DNA of 64,000 bases from Minisyncoccota bacterium (GTDB lineage: Bacteria > Patescibacteriota > Minisyncoccia > Minisyncoccales > JAQTPW01). Positions 1-10,657 of the stretch are shown in pieces (within the stretch, counting starts at the first letter, position 1; each line of letters starts with the position of its first letter). Below the pieces are notes generated by a model that searched no databases, was not told where the DNA came from, and saw only the letters and a list, made by a program, of their open reading frames with translations. The translations under genes and the position numbers were made by a program. Location: the NCBI GenBank assembly GCA_028712565.1, contig JAQTPW010000003.1:2197-66196 (forward strand), given 5' to 3'.

Positions 1-2
1 TA

Positions 3-1313
3 ATGTATTTAGCTGCGTCTTTGAAAAAGGCTGGCCATCAGCCTTTAATTTTAGATTTTTTATTGGAAAAATTTACTCCCGAAGCCCTTTTTAAAAAATT
101 GACTCCCGAAATCAAAGTAATTGGAATTACTGCTGTTACCCCAAATATTGCGGAAGCTGTATCTTTGGCCGATTTTATTAAAAAAAACTTCCCGGAAAAA
201 ATTATTATTTTTGGCGGACCTCATCCTTCCCTTTTGCCGCGAGAAACTTTGGCTAGCTCAAAAAGCATAGATTTTGTTTTAAAGGGGGAGGGAGAAGAGA
301 GAATGTGCCATTTTTTAGACTATTTGGAAGGGAAACGAAAAGAAGCGGAATTAGATGGGATTATTTCCAGAAAAAATAAAGAAATTTTTGATTTTTCCCA
401 AAAAAAGTTTATTGAAAATTTAGATGACTTGCCTTTTCCCGCTCGAGAATTGGTTTCAATAGAAGAATATTCAGAAATCTTGGAAAGCCGGGAAAAGCCC
501 GCTACTACCTTAATCACGAGCCGCGGATGCCCCTTTCATTGCATTTATTGCTCAAAACCGATATTCGGAAATGTTTTTCGGGCAAGATCTCCAGAAAACG
601 TTGTAAAAGAGATAGAATTTCTTAAAGAAAAATATAAAATCAGGGAACTTATTTTTTACGATGATACTTTTACTTTTAACCGGGAAAGAACAGTGGAACT
701 TTGTAATTTGCTGATCGAAAAAAAGTTAAATATAAAATGGAAATGCGAAACAAGAGTTAATTTGGTTGACGAAGAATTATTGGAACTTATGAAAAAAGCC
801 GGATGTTATTTGATAGGTTTTGGCATCGAATCGGGGAATTCTAGAATTCTGAATATTTTAAAAAAAGGTATTACCATTGAACAGGTAAGAATTGCGGTAA
901 AAGCTGCAAAAAAAGTCGGCATTGAAATTTTGGGTTACTTTATTCTTGGTATTCCCGGTGAAACCGAAAAGGAAATTAAAGAAACTATAAATTTTGCAAA
1001 GAGTTTGGATGTGGAATACGCTCAATTTTCAATTGCTACTGCTTTTCCGGGAACTGAACTATATCAGATAGCTAAATCTTCTGGTAGATTGCCGGATTTG
1101 GGAGAAAGTTTTTATGCCCTGGCTGGCAAGGTGGATTTTAGCCTTTGCGATGTTCCGCCCAAAGAGCTTCAAAGATATCTTAGAAAAGCTTATTCTTCTT
1201 TTTATTTGCGTCCCAAATATATATTCAGCAAGGTAAAAAAAATAAGGTCATTTTATGATATTTTTTTCTATCTTAAAAACCTTAAAAATCTGATAATAAT
1301 AATCAAACCTTAA
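3..1313 (+). CDS. B12-binding-domain radical SAM enzyme (5' end cut by window edge)
   Basis: Rossmann-like B12-binding N-terminus followed by radical SAM CxxxCxxC (RGCPFHCIYCS); ORF open to position 3. Confidence 0.8.
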   Translation: MYLAASLKKAGHQPLILDFLLEKFTPEALFKKLTPEIKVIGITAVTPNIAEAVSLADFIKKNFPEKIIIFGGPHPSLLPRETLASSKSIDFVLKGEGEERMCHFLDYLEGKRKEAELDGIISRKNKEIFDFSQKKFIENLDDLPFPARELVSIEEYSEILESREKPATTLITSRGCPFHCIYCSKPIFGNVFRARSPENVVKEIEFLKEKYKIRELIFYDDTFTFNRERTVELCNLLIEKKLNIKWKCETRVNLVDEELLELMKKAGCYLIGFGIESGNSRILNILKKGITIEQVRIAVKAAKKVGIEILGYFILGIPGETEKEIKETINFAKSLDVEYAQFSIATAFPGTELYQIAKSSGRLPDLGESFYALAGKVDFSLCDVPPKELQRYLRKAYSSFYLRPKYIFSKVKKIRSFYDIFFYLKNLKNLIIIIKP

Positions 1314-2698
1314 TATTTTTTAATCAAGGTATTTATTTTTTGAGATATTGTTCTGAAAGCAACTTTGAAAAAATCTTGAGAATAGGCATGGTGCCAGATA
1401 TTTTTAAGGTTTCGGAAAAATCGCTGGCGTTGAAATTTTTTGTAAATTTTCCAAATTTCCTTTCTGTCTAAGACTTCTGATAAAATTAATGCGTCTTTTG
1501 GATTTTGGCCAAAATTAATATTTAACAAATCCCAATTCATATTTTTGGAAACCAGCCCCTTTTTTTCGGCAAATTCCCAAACCGGAGTGCCTGGTAACGG
1601 AGTTAAGGTGTAAGTGTCTACCAAATCCAAAGGATTTTTTTTTATAAAATTATAAGTTTCTAACATTTCCGCTTTCGTTTCGTAGGGAGAGCCAATTATA
1701 AAGGAAGCATCGGCAGAGATGCCGTATTCTTTTAATATTTTAATTGCCCTTGTGTTATCTTTTACGGTAACCGAGCCGCCTTTTAGATAATTTAGGGTTT
1801 TTTCGCATCCGGATTCCAACCCCATTCCCACTGAAACTACTCCCATTTCTTTTAATAATTTAACAATGTCGTCGTTTACAAGATTCGCCCGGCAGGAGCA
1901 AGTAAATTTTACTTTTCCATAAAATTTTTCTTTTTTCAAAAGAGATACCAATTTTTCTATTCTTTCTTTATCAATTATAAAAAGATCATCAAAAAAACTT
2001 ATTAAGGTCACATTGTATTTTTCTACCAGTTCTTTTATTTCTTTTAATATATATTCCGCAGAAAATAATCGAACTCTCGCCCAATATCGGGAAGAGGCGC
2101 AGAAAACACATCTGTAAGGGCAGCCGCGGGAAGAAAAAACATAAGAATGCTTTTCAATTTTTAGAATTTCCCGCGCTGGAAACGGAACGCTGTCTAGGTT
2201 TTCTATTAAGTCTCGAGGTTCTGTTAAAACAATCTTTCCATTTTCTTCATAGCAAATTCCTTTGATTTTTTTGAGTTCTTCTTTTGGAAATTTCCCCTGT
2301 TCTAGAAAAAGTTCCATTATTTCAATAACTGTTATTTCTCCTTCTCCGATGCAGCCCAAATCCATATCTTTGGATAAAGATTCGGGAAGCATTGAAATAT
2401 GTATTCCGCCGGCAATTACAGGGATATTTTTTGTTTTTGCTATTTCTGCATATTTTTTAGCCAAGTTGAAATTCTGGCTGACAGAAGAAATCCCAATCAG
2501 ATCAGGAGAAAAGGCAATGATTTCCTTTTCGATATCCCGGTCTATTATCTTAAATAAAAATGCATCTTTGCCAAAATGTTTTCTTAGAGAGCTTGCAAGA
2601 TAACCTAATCCCAAACTTGGGTATCTCTGCTCCACTTCAATTACCGGATTTATTGCGTTTATTAATAGAATTTTCTTTTTCATTTTACCCTCAATCAT
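1310..2698 (-). CDS. B12-binding-domain radical SAM enzyme
   Basis: Same architecture as the neighbouring gene; CxxxCxxC motif SSRGCPYRCVFCAS; convergent with 4-nt overlap. Confidence 0.8.
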   Translation of the reverse strand: MIEGKMKKKILLINAINPVIEVEQRYPSLGLGYLASSLRKHFGKDAFLFKIIDRDIEKEIIAFSPDLIGISSVSQNFNLAKKYAEIAKTKNIPVIAGGIHISMLPESLSKDMDLGCIGEGEITVIEIMELFLEQGKFPKEELKKIKGICYEENGKIVLTEPRDLIENLDSVPFPAREILKIEKHSYVFSSRGCPYRCVFCASSRYWARVRLFSAEYILKEIKELVEKYNVTLISFFDDLFIIDKERIEKLVSLLKKEKFYGKVKFTCSCRANLVNDDIVKLLKEMGVVSVGMGLESGCEKTLNYLKGGSVTVKDNTRAIKILKEYGISADASFIIGSPYETKAEMLETYNFIKKNPLDLVDTYTLTPLPGTPVWEFAEKKGLVSKNMNWDLLNINFGQNPKDALILSEVLDRKEIWKIYKKFQRQRFFRNLKNIWHHAYSQDFFKVAFRTISQKINTLIKKY

Positions 2699-3740
2699 TA
2701 AGAGTAATTTCGGAAAGCCTTAAAGAGTATTTCTTAAATAAATTATATATTTCTTTATTATTTAATTTTTTATTTTTTTGTATAAATTTTCTTTTATTTA
2801 GCATTTCGGGCAGGCCCCGCAGTGCTGAAATATATGACTTCAATAAAATAAAAACTAATTGGAATTTCGGAGACTGATATCTGGCGCCCGCCCCTCTTTT
2901 AGTTAAAAGGCCAAAAATTATAAATGAATATCTTAAAACTGTATAAAAAGGGAGAAAGAGAATAAGTTTTGGCGGGAAATTTTTTAATACAACCCAAAAA
3001 TGGTTTCTTTCAACCAAAAATGCCTTAAAGCTAGAGTATTTTCCGGAAGTCCCCGAATAATAATGCTGGATAACCGCCGAAGGAACAAATTGGGCTTGCC
3101 AGCCAGCCAATCTTCCTCGCAGGCCCAAATCAGTATCTTCGCAATAAGCAAAAAACCTTTCATCAAACAGGCCGATTTCATCGAGCATTTCCTTCCTATA
3201 AAGGGCGGCGCAGCCGCTGGGAATTAGTATTTTCTCTATTTTATCATATTGGCCATTGTCAATTTCTTTTCTGCCTCTCCCGCGGGACATGCCGTCAAAA
3301 TAAATATTAACCCCAACCGAATCAATTAATTTTGAATTTTGGATTGATAATATTTTTGTTGCAGCCATACCTATTTTATCGTTTCTTTCTGCAACTTCCA
3401 CCAATTTTTCAAGGCAATTTTTATCTACTTTTGTGTCATTATTGAGTATAAAAACGTATTTTCCTTGAGCTATTCTTATTCCTCGATTGTTGCCTTCGGC
3501 AAATCCTAAATTTTTTTTATTTTCAACTATTATAGTTTTCGGAAAATTTTCTTTTACAAAACTGACTGAATCATCTTCCGAGCCATTATCTGCAAAAATA
3601 ATTTCAAAATTGGTAAAACTTTGATTTTCCAATGACGTAAGGCAGTCATTCAAATATCTTTTTCCGTTCCAATTAAGGATAACCACAGAAACTAAGGGCT
3701 TATTTTGTCGAGATTCTTTTTGATTTTTAACAATTATCAT
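2691..3740 (-). CDS. Family 2 glycosyltransferase
   Basis: GT2 N-terminal pattern VSVVILNWNG..., DNGSEDDS, NNDT; 349 aa. Confidence 0.8.
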   Translation of the reverse strand: MIIVKNQKESRQNKPLVSVVILNWNGKRYLNDCLTSLENQSFTNFEIIFADNGSEDDSVSFVKENFPKTIIVENKKNLGFAEGNNRGIRIAQGKYVFILNNDTKVDKNCLEKLVEVAERNDKIGMAATKILSIQNSKLIDSVGVNIYFDGMSRGRGRKEIDNGQYDKIEKILIPSGCAALYRKEMLDEIGLFDERFFAYCEDTDLGLRGRLAGWQAQFVPSAVIQHYYSGTSGKYSSFKAFLVERNHFWVVLKNFPPKLILFLPFYTVLRYSFIIFGLLTKRGAGARYQSPKFQLVFILLKSYISALRGLPEMLNKRKFIQKNKKLNNKEIYNLFKKYSLRLSEITLND

Positions 3741-4314
3741 TTATTTTTTTTAGAACAATTACCTCTTTATTATGAGTAAAATAGTTGCCTATTTTTTTCG
3801 GTAGGGGATAAAAAAAATGTTTTTGAGGAACAAATCTTCCCTTTGTAATGTCCAGAATTTCCTGAAAACTTATAAAATGCTTATGCCCTGTATTTAATTT
3901 CAGGCCGGAAATATATCCTTTTTGATTTGGAATCAAAATTAAAAAAAAAGCCCCTGTCTCTAAAATCCGGAAGACCTCATCAAAAATTTTTTCAGCATCT
4001 TTTAACTCGAAATGTTCCAAAACGTCGTGGGAGATCACCCATTTAAAAAAGTTATCCGGAAAAGGCAGCTTTTCTCTAATGTCTCCTTCAAAAACTTTAT
4101 ATCCCAAATCTTTTAAATAAGCTACACAATCGGGATTAAAATCTATTCCGCAAGCCCTAGGATTAATTTTAAAGTAAAACCCCCAGCCGCATCCCAAATC
4201 CAATACCTTTTCTTTTGCCCCCTTTGTTTTAAAAAGCGGCGAGCTTAGAAAATGTATTCTTATTAGTTCTTTGATTTTTGATTGTTTGGGAGTGAAATAT
4301 TTTTGTTCCGGCAT
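3727..4314 (-). CDS. Class I SAM-dependent methyltransferase
   Basis: SAM-binding motif I VLDLGCGWGFY; 195 aa. Confidence 0.7.
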   Translation of the reverse strand: MPEQKYFTPKQSKIKELIRIHFLSSPLFKTKGAKEKVLDLGCGWGFYFKINPRACGIDFNPDCVAYLKDLGYKVFEGDIREKLPFPDNFFKWVISHDVLEHFELKDAEKIFDEVFRILETGAFFLILIPNQKGYISGLKLNTGHKHFISFQEILDITKGRFVPQKHFFYPLPKKIGNYFTHNKEVIVLKKINDNC

Positions 4315-4380
4315 AAATAAAAACCCTCTTTGGATTTTTGGGAATTTATTGTTTGAGAATATTACAAATTGCTTAAAATT

Positions 4381-5379
4381 TTAGAGCTTTAGCCATTTTT
4401 TATTTTCAAGCATCCATCTTATCATTTTGTCAAAGCTTTGGTCTAAAGTAAATTTTGGCTGCCAGCCCATTTCTTTTAATTTTGTTCCATCGAGAGCATA
4501 TCTTCGGTCATGCCCAGGCCTAGTTTTATGGTAATCTAAGTACTCTATTTCGTTTTCGGCCAGATCCCTGTTTTTAATAATGCGTGAAATCCGATTTGCC
4601 AGATCTAGGGCGCTTCTTTCTTCTCCCACGATATTATAGATATCTTCACGTTCGCCTTTTTCCATCAAAAACAACAGGGCATCGCAGACATTTCGGGCAT
4701 GGATCCAGCATCTTGAACTTATCTGGCCAGGGACTCCATGGACCAAAACAGGTTTTCCTTCTAAAATAGTTTTTACGGTTTTTGGGATAAATTTTTCAGG
4801 GTGCTGGCGTTCTCCAAAAATATTCATTGATCTGGTAATTAAGATAGGTAATCCAAAGGAATGAGCGAAGGCAAATGCCATCATGTCTCCGCCTGCTTTG
4901 GCTCCCGAATAAGGGTTTGACGGTTTTAATCTATCCCATTCTTTATAATATACGCCTTCAGGAGCTGGGCCATAAACTTCATCGGTAGAAAATTGGACGA
5001 ATTTTTTAAGATTCGGTTGGTAATGTTTTATATATTCAAGAAGATTTGCTGTTCCTAAAACATTTGACATCACAAAAGGGATTGAGTCTTCCAAGCTCCT
5101 TTCAACATGGCTTTCGGCCGCCAAGTTCCAGATATAATCCAAATCTCCTATCATTTTATGGGTAGTTTCAGCTATTGGAGATTTTAAATCATGCCAGATA
5201 AATTTGACTCTGTGTTTTTCTTTTTCCCAGATTAAAATATCCGTCAGGCGGTTTAAGTTGCCGGCGTAAGTCAAACAGTCAAGAATTACAATTTCCCAGT
5301 CAGTATTTTTTAAAACCCCTTCAACTAAATGATGTCCGACAAAGCCTGCGCCGCCCGTCAATAAAAGTTTTTTGCTCAT
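4381..5379 (-). CDS. rfbB: dTDP-glucose 4,6-dehydratase-like NDP-sugar dehydratase (extended SDR)
   Basis: LLLTGGAGFVGHH Rossmann motif, catalytic YSGAKAG, 332 aa. Confidence 0.75.
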   Translation of the reverse strand: MSKKLLLTGGAGFVGHHLVEGVLKNTDWEIVILDCLTYAGNLNRLTDILIWEKEKHRVKFIWHDLKSPIAETTHKMIGDLDYIWNLAAESHVERSLEDSIPFVMSNVLGTANLLEYIKHYQPNLKKFVQFSTDEVYGPAPEGVYYKEWDRLKPSNPYSGAKAGGDMMAFAFAHSFGLPILITRSMNIFGERQHPEKFIPKTVKTILEGKPVLVHGVPGQISSRCWIHARNVCDALLFLMEKGEREDIYNIVGEERSALDLANRISRIIKNRDLAENEIEYLDYHKTRPGHDRRYALDGTKLKEMGWQPKFTLDQSFDKMIRWMLENKKWLKL

Positions 5380-5389
5380 ATTTTAAAAC

Positions 5390-5761
5390 TCATTTTAAAA
5401 TTAAAAAAATTCCTGCGAAAATAATAATTGTTCCAATAATTTTGAGAATTGTTATGCTTTCTCCCAGAAAAAGCCAGGATAATAAAAATAACAAAACGTA
5501 AAATATTCCGCTGGCAATGGGGAAAACGGCAGTCAGGTCTTTTTTTGAAATAACCGATACCCAAAATAATGCTGCAAAAATAGCAATTACTGCGCCAAAA
5601 ATAAAATATTTTTCCTGCAGTAATTTTATAAAGCTTCCAAAAAATTCCGGGAAATTATTTATTTGAATTCCCCCTGTCTTTATCAGTCCTTTCTTTAAAA
5701 AAATCTGGCTGGTTACCGTCAGCAAAGACACTAAAAATATTAAAGGTATAATCTTTATCAT
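5390..5761 (-). CDS. Small 4-TM EamA/SMR-like protein (ArnE/GtrA-like lipid-linked sugar flippase candidate)
   Basis: 123 aa, four hydrophobic helices; divergent from the GT-C gene. Confidence 0.5.
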   Translation of the reverse strand: MIKIIPLIFLVSLLTVTSQIFLKKGLIKTGGIQINNFPEFFGSFIKLLQEKYFIFGAVIAIFAALFWVSVISKKDLTAVFPIASGIFYVLLFLLSWLFLGESITILKIIGTIIIFAGIFLILK

Positions 5762-5841
5762 TTTTTGATTTTTAGCTTAACTTGCCAATAAATCGTTCTT
5801 CACTTATTATAAAAAAAACAGGTAAAAAATCAACTTTTAAC

Positions 5842-7119
5842 ATGAAGCCTATTTTAAACTTTTTCAAAGCAATTTACGAAAGGGAAAAATACTTAACATT
5901 CCTTATTTTTTTTCTTTCCATTATTTGTTCCCTTCTTTTTTTAATTTTCTTTAAAAACATCGGGCCTTCTGAGCATCAAATCCCGGGAAGTGATTATTTT
6001 GCCTATTATGAACCGCTCGCAAACAGCATTCTTTCCGGAAGGGGCTTTGTCATTTTCGGGAAAGTTCCTTTGAATGTTGGGCCAATATATCCTATTTTTC
6101 TTTCCGGAATATTAATGATTTCCCGTTTTTTCTGGTTTGATAAATTTTTTTTAATAACTATATTCAATGTTATTCTTGCGGCAGCTTCTTCCTGTTTCTT
6201 GTTTTTGCTAGCCCGGGAAATATTTAATAAAAAAATAGCGCTTCTTTCCTCAATTTTATGGATGAGCTATCCTTTTAATCTCTGGTTTATTAAAAACCCC
6301 AATACTGAAGTGCCATTTATTCCCTTGCTTTATTTCGGGATTTTTCTTTATATTCTGGCGGCAAAGAAAAAAGATTTAAAAATCATGTTTTTTAGCGGCT
6401 TAATTCTTGGACTTTCTTCTCTGGCAAGGTTAATAAATTTGTTTCTTCCTCTGGCACTTTTCCTTTTTATCTTTTTTCTTCTGGAGGGCGAGTTAAAAAA
6501 GAAAAAATTGATTTTCGCGACGGTTTTTCTACTGGGAGCAGTAATTTCATTTTTGCCATGGGGACTTTATACTTTTGCAAAAACCGGAAATTTTATCCCT
6601 TTTTCACACATTGCTTCAAAGGGAATTATCCAGGGCTTCGTCACGCTTTCGCGGGAAGGCAAAGGGGTGGGAGGCAAGGCAGATGTAGTATTGGAGGAGG
6701 TAAAAGCCGTAGATGCTCTTGGCAACGAAACAGGCACATTTTATTTTTTAATTCGCACATTTTTTAAAAATCCTTTTGTATTCATAAAATTAATTGGATT
6801 GAAAATGGCAAGGTCTTGGTATGCAACTTATATGATGTGGTGGGAAAGCGCCATATTGGCAGTTCAGATGGTTTATATTTCCAGCTCTCTTTTTGGACTG
6901 ATTTATTGCCTAAAAAAATGCAAAGATAAGATAAAGCATATAACTCTTATTTTAATTATTATATTTTACTTTTGGGCAATAGACATTTTAACTGGATCTA
7001 TTTTAAGATATATGGTGCCGGCAATGGGGATTTTGATTATTTTTTCCGCAATTACAATCAGCTTATTATTAGATAAAATAAGAAAAAAATTTCAATGGAA
7101 ACAAAATTTGTCTCAATAA
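5842..7119 (+). CDS. GT-C fold membrane glycosyltransferase (ArnT/PMT-like)
   Basis: Polytopic membrane protein of about 425 aa with many TM helices. ATG at 5842 is preferred over the TTG at 5782. Confidence 0.6.
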   Translation: MKPILNFFKAIYEREKYLTFLIFFLSIICSLLFLIFFKNIGPSEHQIPGSDYFAYYEPLANSILSGRGFVIFGKVPLNVGPIYPIFLSGILMISRFFWFDKFFLITIFNVILAAASSCFLFLLAREIFNKKIALLSSILWMSYPFNLWFIKNPNTEVPFIPLLYFGIFLYILAAKKKDLKIMFFSGLILGLSSLARLINLFLPLALFLFIFFLLEGELKKKKLIFATVFLLGAVISFLPWGLYTFAKTGNFIPFSHIASKGIIQGFVTLSREGKGVGGKADVVLEEVKAVDALGNETGTFYFLIRTFFKNPFVFIKLIGLKMARSWYATYMMWWESAILAVQMVYISSSLFGLIYCLKKCKDKIKHITLILIIIFYFWAIDILTGSILRYMVPAMGILIIFSAITISLLLDKIRKKFQWKQNLSQ

Positions 7120-8069
7120 TAATTCCCTGCAGGAACGAGGAAAAATATATTGAAAAATGCTTGAATTCAGTGATTTCACAGGATTATCCAAAAGAAAACT
7201 TTGAGATATTAGTTATAGATGGAGCTTCAGAGGACAAAACAAAAGAAATTGTAAAAAACTATATTGCCAAATATTCGTTTATTCAGATTTTAGATAACCC
7301 AAATAAATTCACTCCTTTTGGATTAAATATTGGAATTCGCGCTTCAAAAGGGAAAATTATTATTAGAATGGATGCTCATGCGGGTTATGAAAAAGATTAT
7401 ATTTCAAAATGCGCAAAATATCTTGGAGAATATAATGCCGATAACGTCGGCGGCGTAATTAAAACCCTGCCCGCAAATGATACATTGGAAGCAAAAGCCA
7501 TTTCTATATCTTTGTCGCATCCTTTTGGGGCGGCTTCTGGATTTAGATTGGGTTTGCAGACCCCAAAAGAAGTAGATACTGTTTTTGGCGGATGCTATAA
7601 AAGAGAAGTTTTTGATAAAATCGGCTTTTATAATGAGAATTTGACAAGAAGCCAGGATTTGGAATTGAATTTAAGGCTGAGTAAGGCCGGTGGTAAAATT
7701 ATGTTATTTCCGGACATCGTGGCTTATTATTATCCATCTTCAGATTTTGAAGGGTTTTTTAAACACAATTTTTCTGATGGGTTTTGGGTAACCTATCCCT
7801 TAAAGTTCGGAATCCATGCTTTTTCTTCCAGGCACTTGATCCCCATGGTGTTTGTTTTAGGTTTAATCTTTTCTTTTTTATTATTTCCAAAATCCATATT
7901 TTTATTCATATTTTTTATTTATCTTTTTGCAAGCCTGTACTTTTCTTTAAAGGTCTTTCAAAAAGAAAAAAATTCTAAATATTTAATTTTGCTACCGCTA
8001 GCTTTTGCCTGTCGGCATTTTGGATATGGCATAGGATCTATTGCCGGTTTAATAAGAACACTTTTTTAG
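7095..8069 (+). CDS. GT2 polyprenyl-phosphate glycosyltransferase (GtrB/ArnC/DPM1-like)
   Basis: VSIIIPCRNEEKYI, DGASEDKT, RMDAH plus C-terminal TM helices; overlaps the upstream gene by 25 nt. Confidence 0.75.
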   Translation: METKFVSIIIPCRNEEKYIEKCLNSVISQDYPKENFEILVIDGASEDKTKEIVKNYIAKYSFIQILDNPNKFTPFGLNIGIRASKGKIIIRMDAHAGYEKDYISKCAKYLGEYNADNVGGVIKTLPANDTLEAKAISISLSHPFGAASGFRLGLQTPKEVDTVFGGCYKREVFDKIGFYNENLTRSQDLELNLRLSKAGGKIMLFPDIVAYYYPSSDFEGFFKHNFSDGFWVTYPLKFGIHAFSSRHLIPMVFVLGLIFSFLLFPKSIFLFIFFIYLFASLYFSLKVFQKEKNSKYLILLPLAFACRHFGYGIGSIAGLIRTLF

Positions 8070-8075
8070 TAGCTT

Positions 8076-8861
8076 ATGGAAGAAAGAAAAAATAAAGAAA
8101 TAGAATATTACAATAGGCAGGCAGGGGAGTATTTAAAAAAAATTTCCGGCGAAAAAACCGGGGCCGATTTTGAGGGCTTTACGCCTTTATTTTTAAACAG
8201 TTATCAATTTTGTTACGAGTGGCTGGCAAAAAACGTTCGCGGTAAAAAAGTTTTAGATTATGGCTGCGGGAATGGGATTCATTCAATTTTTCTTGCCAAG
8301 ACAGGTGCAGAAAAAGTGACCGGCATTGATCTATCGGAAAAATCACTGGAAATTGCCAAATCGCGGGCAAAAGCCGCAAGAGTGGAAGATAAAATTGAAT
8401 TTTTATTAATGGATTGTGAGGGTTTAAAATTTCAAGGCAATTCTTTTGACATTATTTTTGATGAGGGAACTTTTTCTTCGTTAGATCTAAAAAAAGCTCT
8501 TCCAGAATTAGCTCGGGTTTTAAGGCCACAAGGTTTTCTTTTGGGTATTGAAACCTTAGGGCATAATCCTTTTACTAATTTTAAAAGAAAAATTAACAAA
8601 ATTATGGGGAAAAGAACTGGCTGGGCAGAATCTCATATTTTTCAAATGAAAGATTTGAAACTCGCGAAAAATTATTTTAATAAAGGGGAATCCCATTTTT
8701 TTCATTTGATTTCCTGGGTGTCATTTCCATTAATTAATTTTCCAGGGGGAAAATTTATCTTAAAGATACTTGAAAGTTTAGATAAAATTTTTCTTAACAC
8801 CCCAATTTTAAAAAAATACGCGTTTAAAATAGTTTTTATTTTTTCTGAACCTAAAAAATAA
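8076..8861 (+). CDS. Class I SAM-dependent methyltransferase
   Basis: Motif I VLDYGCGNG; 261 aa. Confidence 0.75.
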   Translation: MEERKNKEIEYYNRQAGEYLKKISGEKTGADFEGFTPLFLNSYQFCYEWLAKNVRGKKVLDYGCGNGIHSIFLAKTGAEKVTGIDLSEKSLEIAKSRAKAARVEDKIEFLLMDCEGLKFQGNSFDIIFDEGTFSSLDLKKALPELARVLRPQGFLLGIETLGHNPFTNFKRKINKIMGKRTGWAESHIFQMKDLKLAKNYFNKGESHFFHLISWVSFPLINFPGGKFILKILESLDKIFLNTPILKKYAFKIVFIFSEPKK

Positions 8862-8862
8862 T

Positions 8863-9456
8863 ATGGCAAAAAGAATTTTTGATATTATTTTTTCTTTTTT
8901 AGGATTAGTCATTTTATCACCGTTTTTGTTATTAATTTCTTTATTAATAAAATTAAATTCTAAAGGCCAGGTTTTTTATCGAGGAATTAGGATAGGGAAG
9001 GATGGAAAACAATTTAGAATTTTTAAATTCAGGACAATGGTTGAGAATGCTGAAAAATTAGGAGGTCCGTCCACTGCCGGAGACGATGTAAGGCTTACGA
9101 AATTAGGAAAATTTCTAAAAAAATATCAAATAGATGAACTGCCTCAACTAATAAATGTCTTAAAGGGAGAAATGAGTTTTGTCGGCCCAAGGCCGGAAGT
9201 TCCTTTTTATATTGATTTACTTTCAGAGGAAGAAAGAAAAACTATTCTATCAGTTCCTCAGGGGATGACAGATTATGCTTCACTTTGGAATTTCCACGAA
9301 GGAGATGTTTTAAAAGGGAGTGCAGATCCTGAAAAAGCTTATCAGGAGAAAATTCGTCCGGAAAAAATCAAGCTGCAAATAAAATACGTAAAAGAAAACT
9401 CTTTTTTTACCGACATTAAAATAATTTTAAAAACTGTGGCGAAAATATTTCAATAA
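8863..9456 (+). CDS. Small monotopic phosphoglycosyl transferase (PglC/WbaP C-terminal type sugar transferase)
   Basis: N-terminal re-entrant helix, DELPQLINVLKGEMSFVGPRP signature; 197 aa. Confidence 0.85.
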   Translation: MAKRIFDIIFSFLGLVILSPFLLLISLLIKLNSKGQVFYRGIRIGKDGKQFRIFKFRTMVENAEKLGGPSTAGDDVRLTKLGKFLKKYQIDELPQLINVLKGEMSFVGPRPEVPFYIDLLSEEERKTILSVPQGMTDYASLWNFHEGDVLKGSADPEKAYQEKIRPEKIKLQIKYVKENSFFTDIKIILKTVAKIFQ

Positions 9457-9485
9457 TAAGAAAAGTTGTAAGATTCCAAATAAAT

Positions 9486-9518
9486 GAGCCCGACCAGTAA
9501 ACTGGTGGGCTCTTTTGT
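9486..9518. terminator. Bidirectional hairpin between convergent genes
   Basis: GAGCCCGACCAG-TAAA-CTGGTGGGCTC followed by TTTTG. Confidence 0.5.
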
Positions 9519-9534
9519 GCGTTTTGTCGTTTTG

Positions 9535-10533
9535 TTAAAATTTCAGTACCATTGCCGTGATTTCGTGTTGAGAAACATAATTCTCAAAACCACTGGCTTC
9601 TTCATAGCTTCTGGTAGACTGGGCGATCCCCATCAAACCAATTCGTTTTTCCATTTCTATAATATATTTTCCCAAAGTATTGGTTTCCATGTTTTTCAAT
9701 AAGTTCCAGGGGATGAGGCCGTCGGAAAATAAAATAATTTTATGAATATCCTCTGTGTTAAAATTATTTATTCTCCACATTTTTACCAAATTTGGGTCGC
9801 CATTAAGCGATGCATACCCCGAAAGTAAGTCGGGGTTATTTATTGCCTCGGTTCGGGCTTTTTCAAGAAATGGTCGGAAACGGTTCCACATCTCGTCGTT
9901 TATTTTTTTATTTTCAGATTGCGACGTTTTTTTAGGATTTATTTTCCATTCTTTGGCTATCTGGTATTTCAGGCGGGAGATCTCCGCATGCATCATCTTA
10001 TCGTGTTTTTTAACTTGGTTTTTGGAGAAATAGGGTTTCCCGTTCTTAAAACTTACCAGCAAAAAACAATCTCCAATAGTAATCGTTTCGGTCAGCTTTT
10101 CGTCGGGTTTTACCAATGCCGCGGAAGCGCCGGCGAGTCGGCTTATTTCCCGAGGTACGGAAAAAACGACATTTTTTACAGTCCAAACACTAGTATTTGC
10201 GCATTCTATAATATCAGATAGTTGTTTAGTTTGGGAAACGGAGTCCCCTTGGGATTCTTCAGTTATTGATTTTTCAATTGTTCTGACATTAATCTCGCCG
10301 AGGGATTCACCTTCTTTTATTAAAAGGGGGTGATCAGGGGAGTTTGGTTCGGAAAAAGCATCAAATACTCCGAAAATATTCTCTTTAGTTACTACCCAGC
10401 CGTCTTCCTTCCTTTTTGAAGATCCAGGTCCGTATAACCCGGAAAATTCGCCAAAGTCAAACTTATCGCTGAATAGTTCGAACCTTTCAATATCCAACAT
10501 ACAATCCTCCATAATCCATACTTTTTGTTCCAT
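9535..10533 (-). CDS. Hypothetical protein with weak PP2C/SpoIIE-like phosphatase features
   Basis: FGVFDAFSE near the N-terminus, ITIGDCFLLV mid-protein, ILFSDGLIPW near the C-terminus. Start uncertain (TTG 10557 or ATG 10533). Confidence 0.4.
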   Translation of the reverse strand: MEQKVWIMEDCMLDIERFELFSDKFDFGEFSGLYGPGSSKRKEDGWVVTKENIFGVFDAFSEPNSPDHPLLIKEGESLGEINVRTIEKSITEESQGDSVSQTKQLSDIIECANTSVWTVKNVVFSVPREISRLAGASAALVKPDEKLTETITIGDCFLLVSFKNGKPYFSKNQVKKHDKMMHAEISRLKYQIAKEWKINPKKTSQSENKKINDEMWNRFRPFLEKARTEAINNPDLLSGYASLNGDPNLVKMWRINNFNTEDIHKIILFSDGLIPWNLLKNMETNTLGKYIIEMEKRIGLMGIAQSTRSYEEASGFENYVSQHEITAMVLKF

Positions 10534-10657
10534 TTTATTCCAATATGAAGTTATCAAAGATCCATTTTAGTGATTTTATATTAGATAATTTATTTTTTTT
10601 GTCAACATTGTCAATATTGAAATATCATCTTTTTTGATTTATAGTTAAATTATTAAA

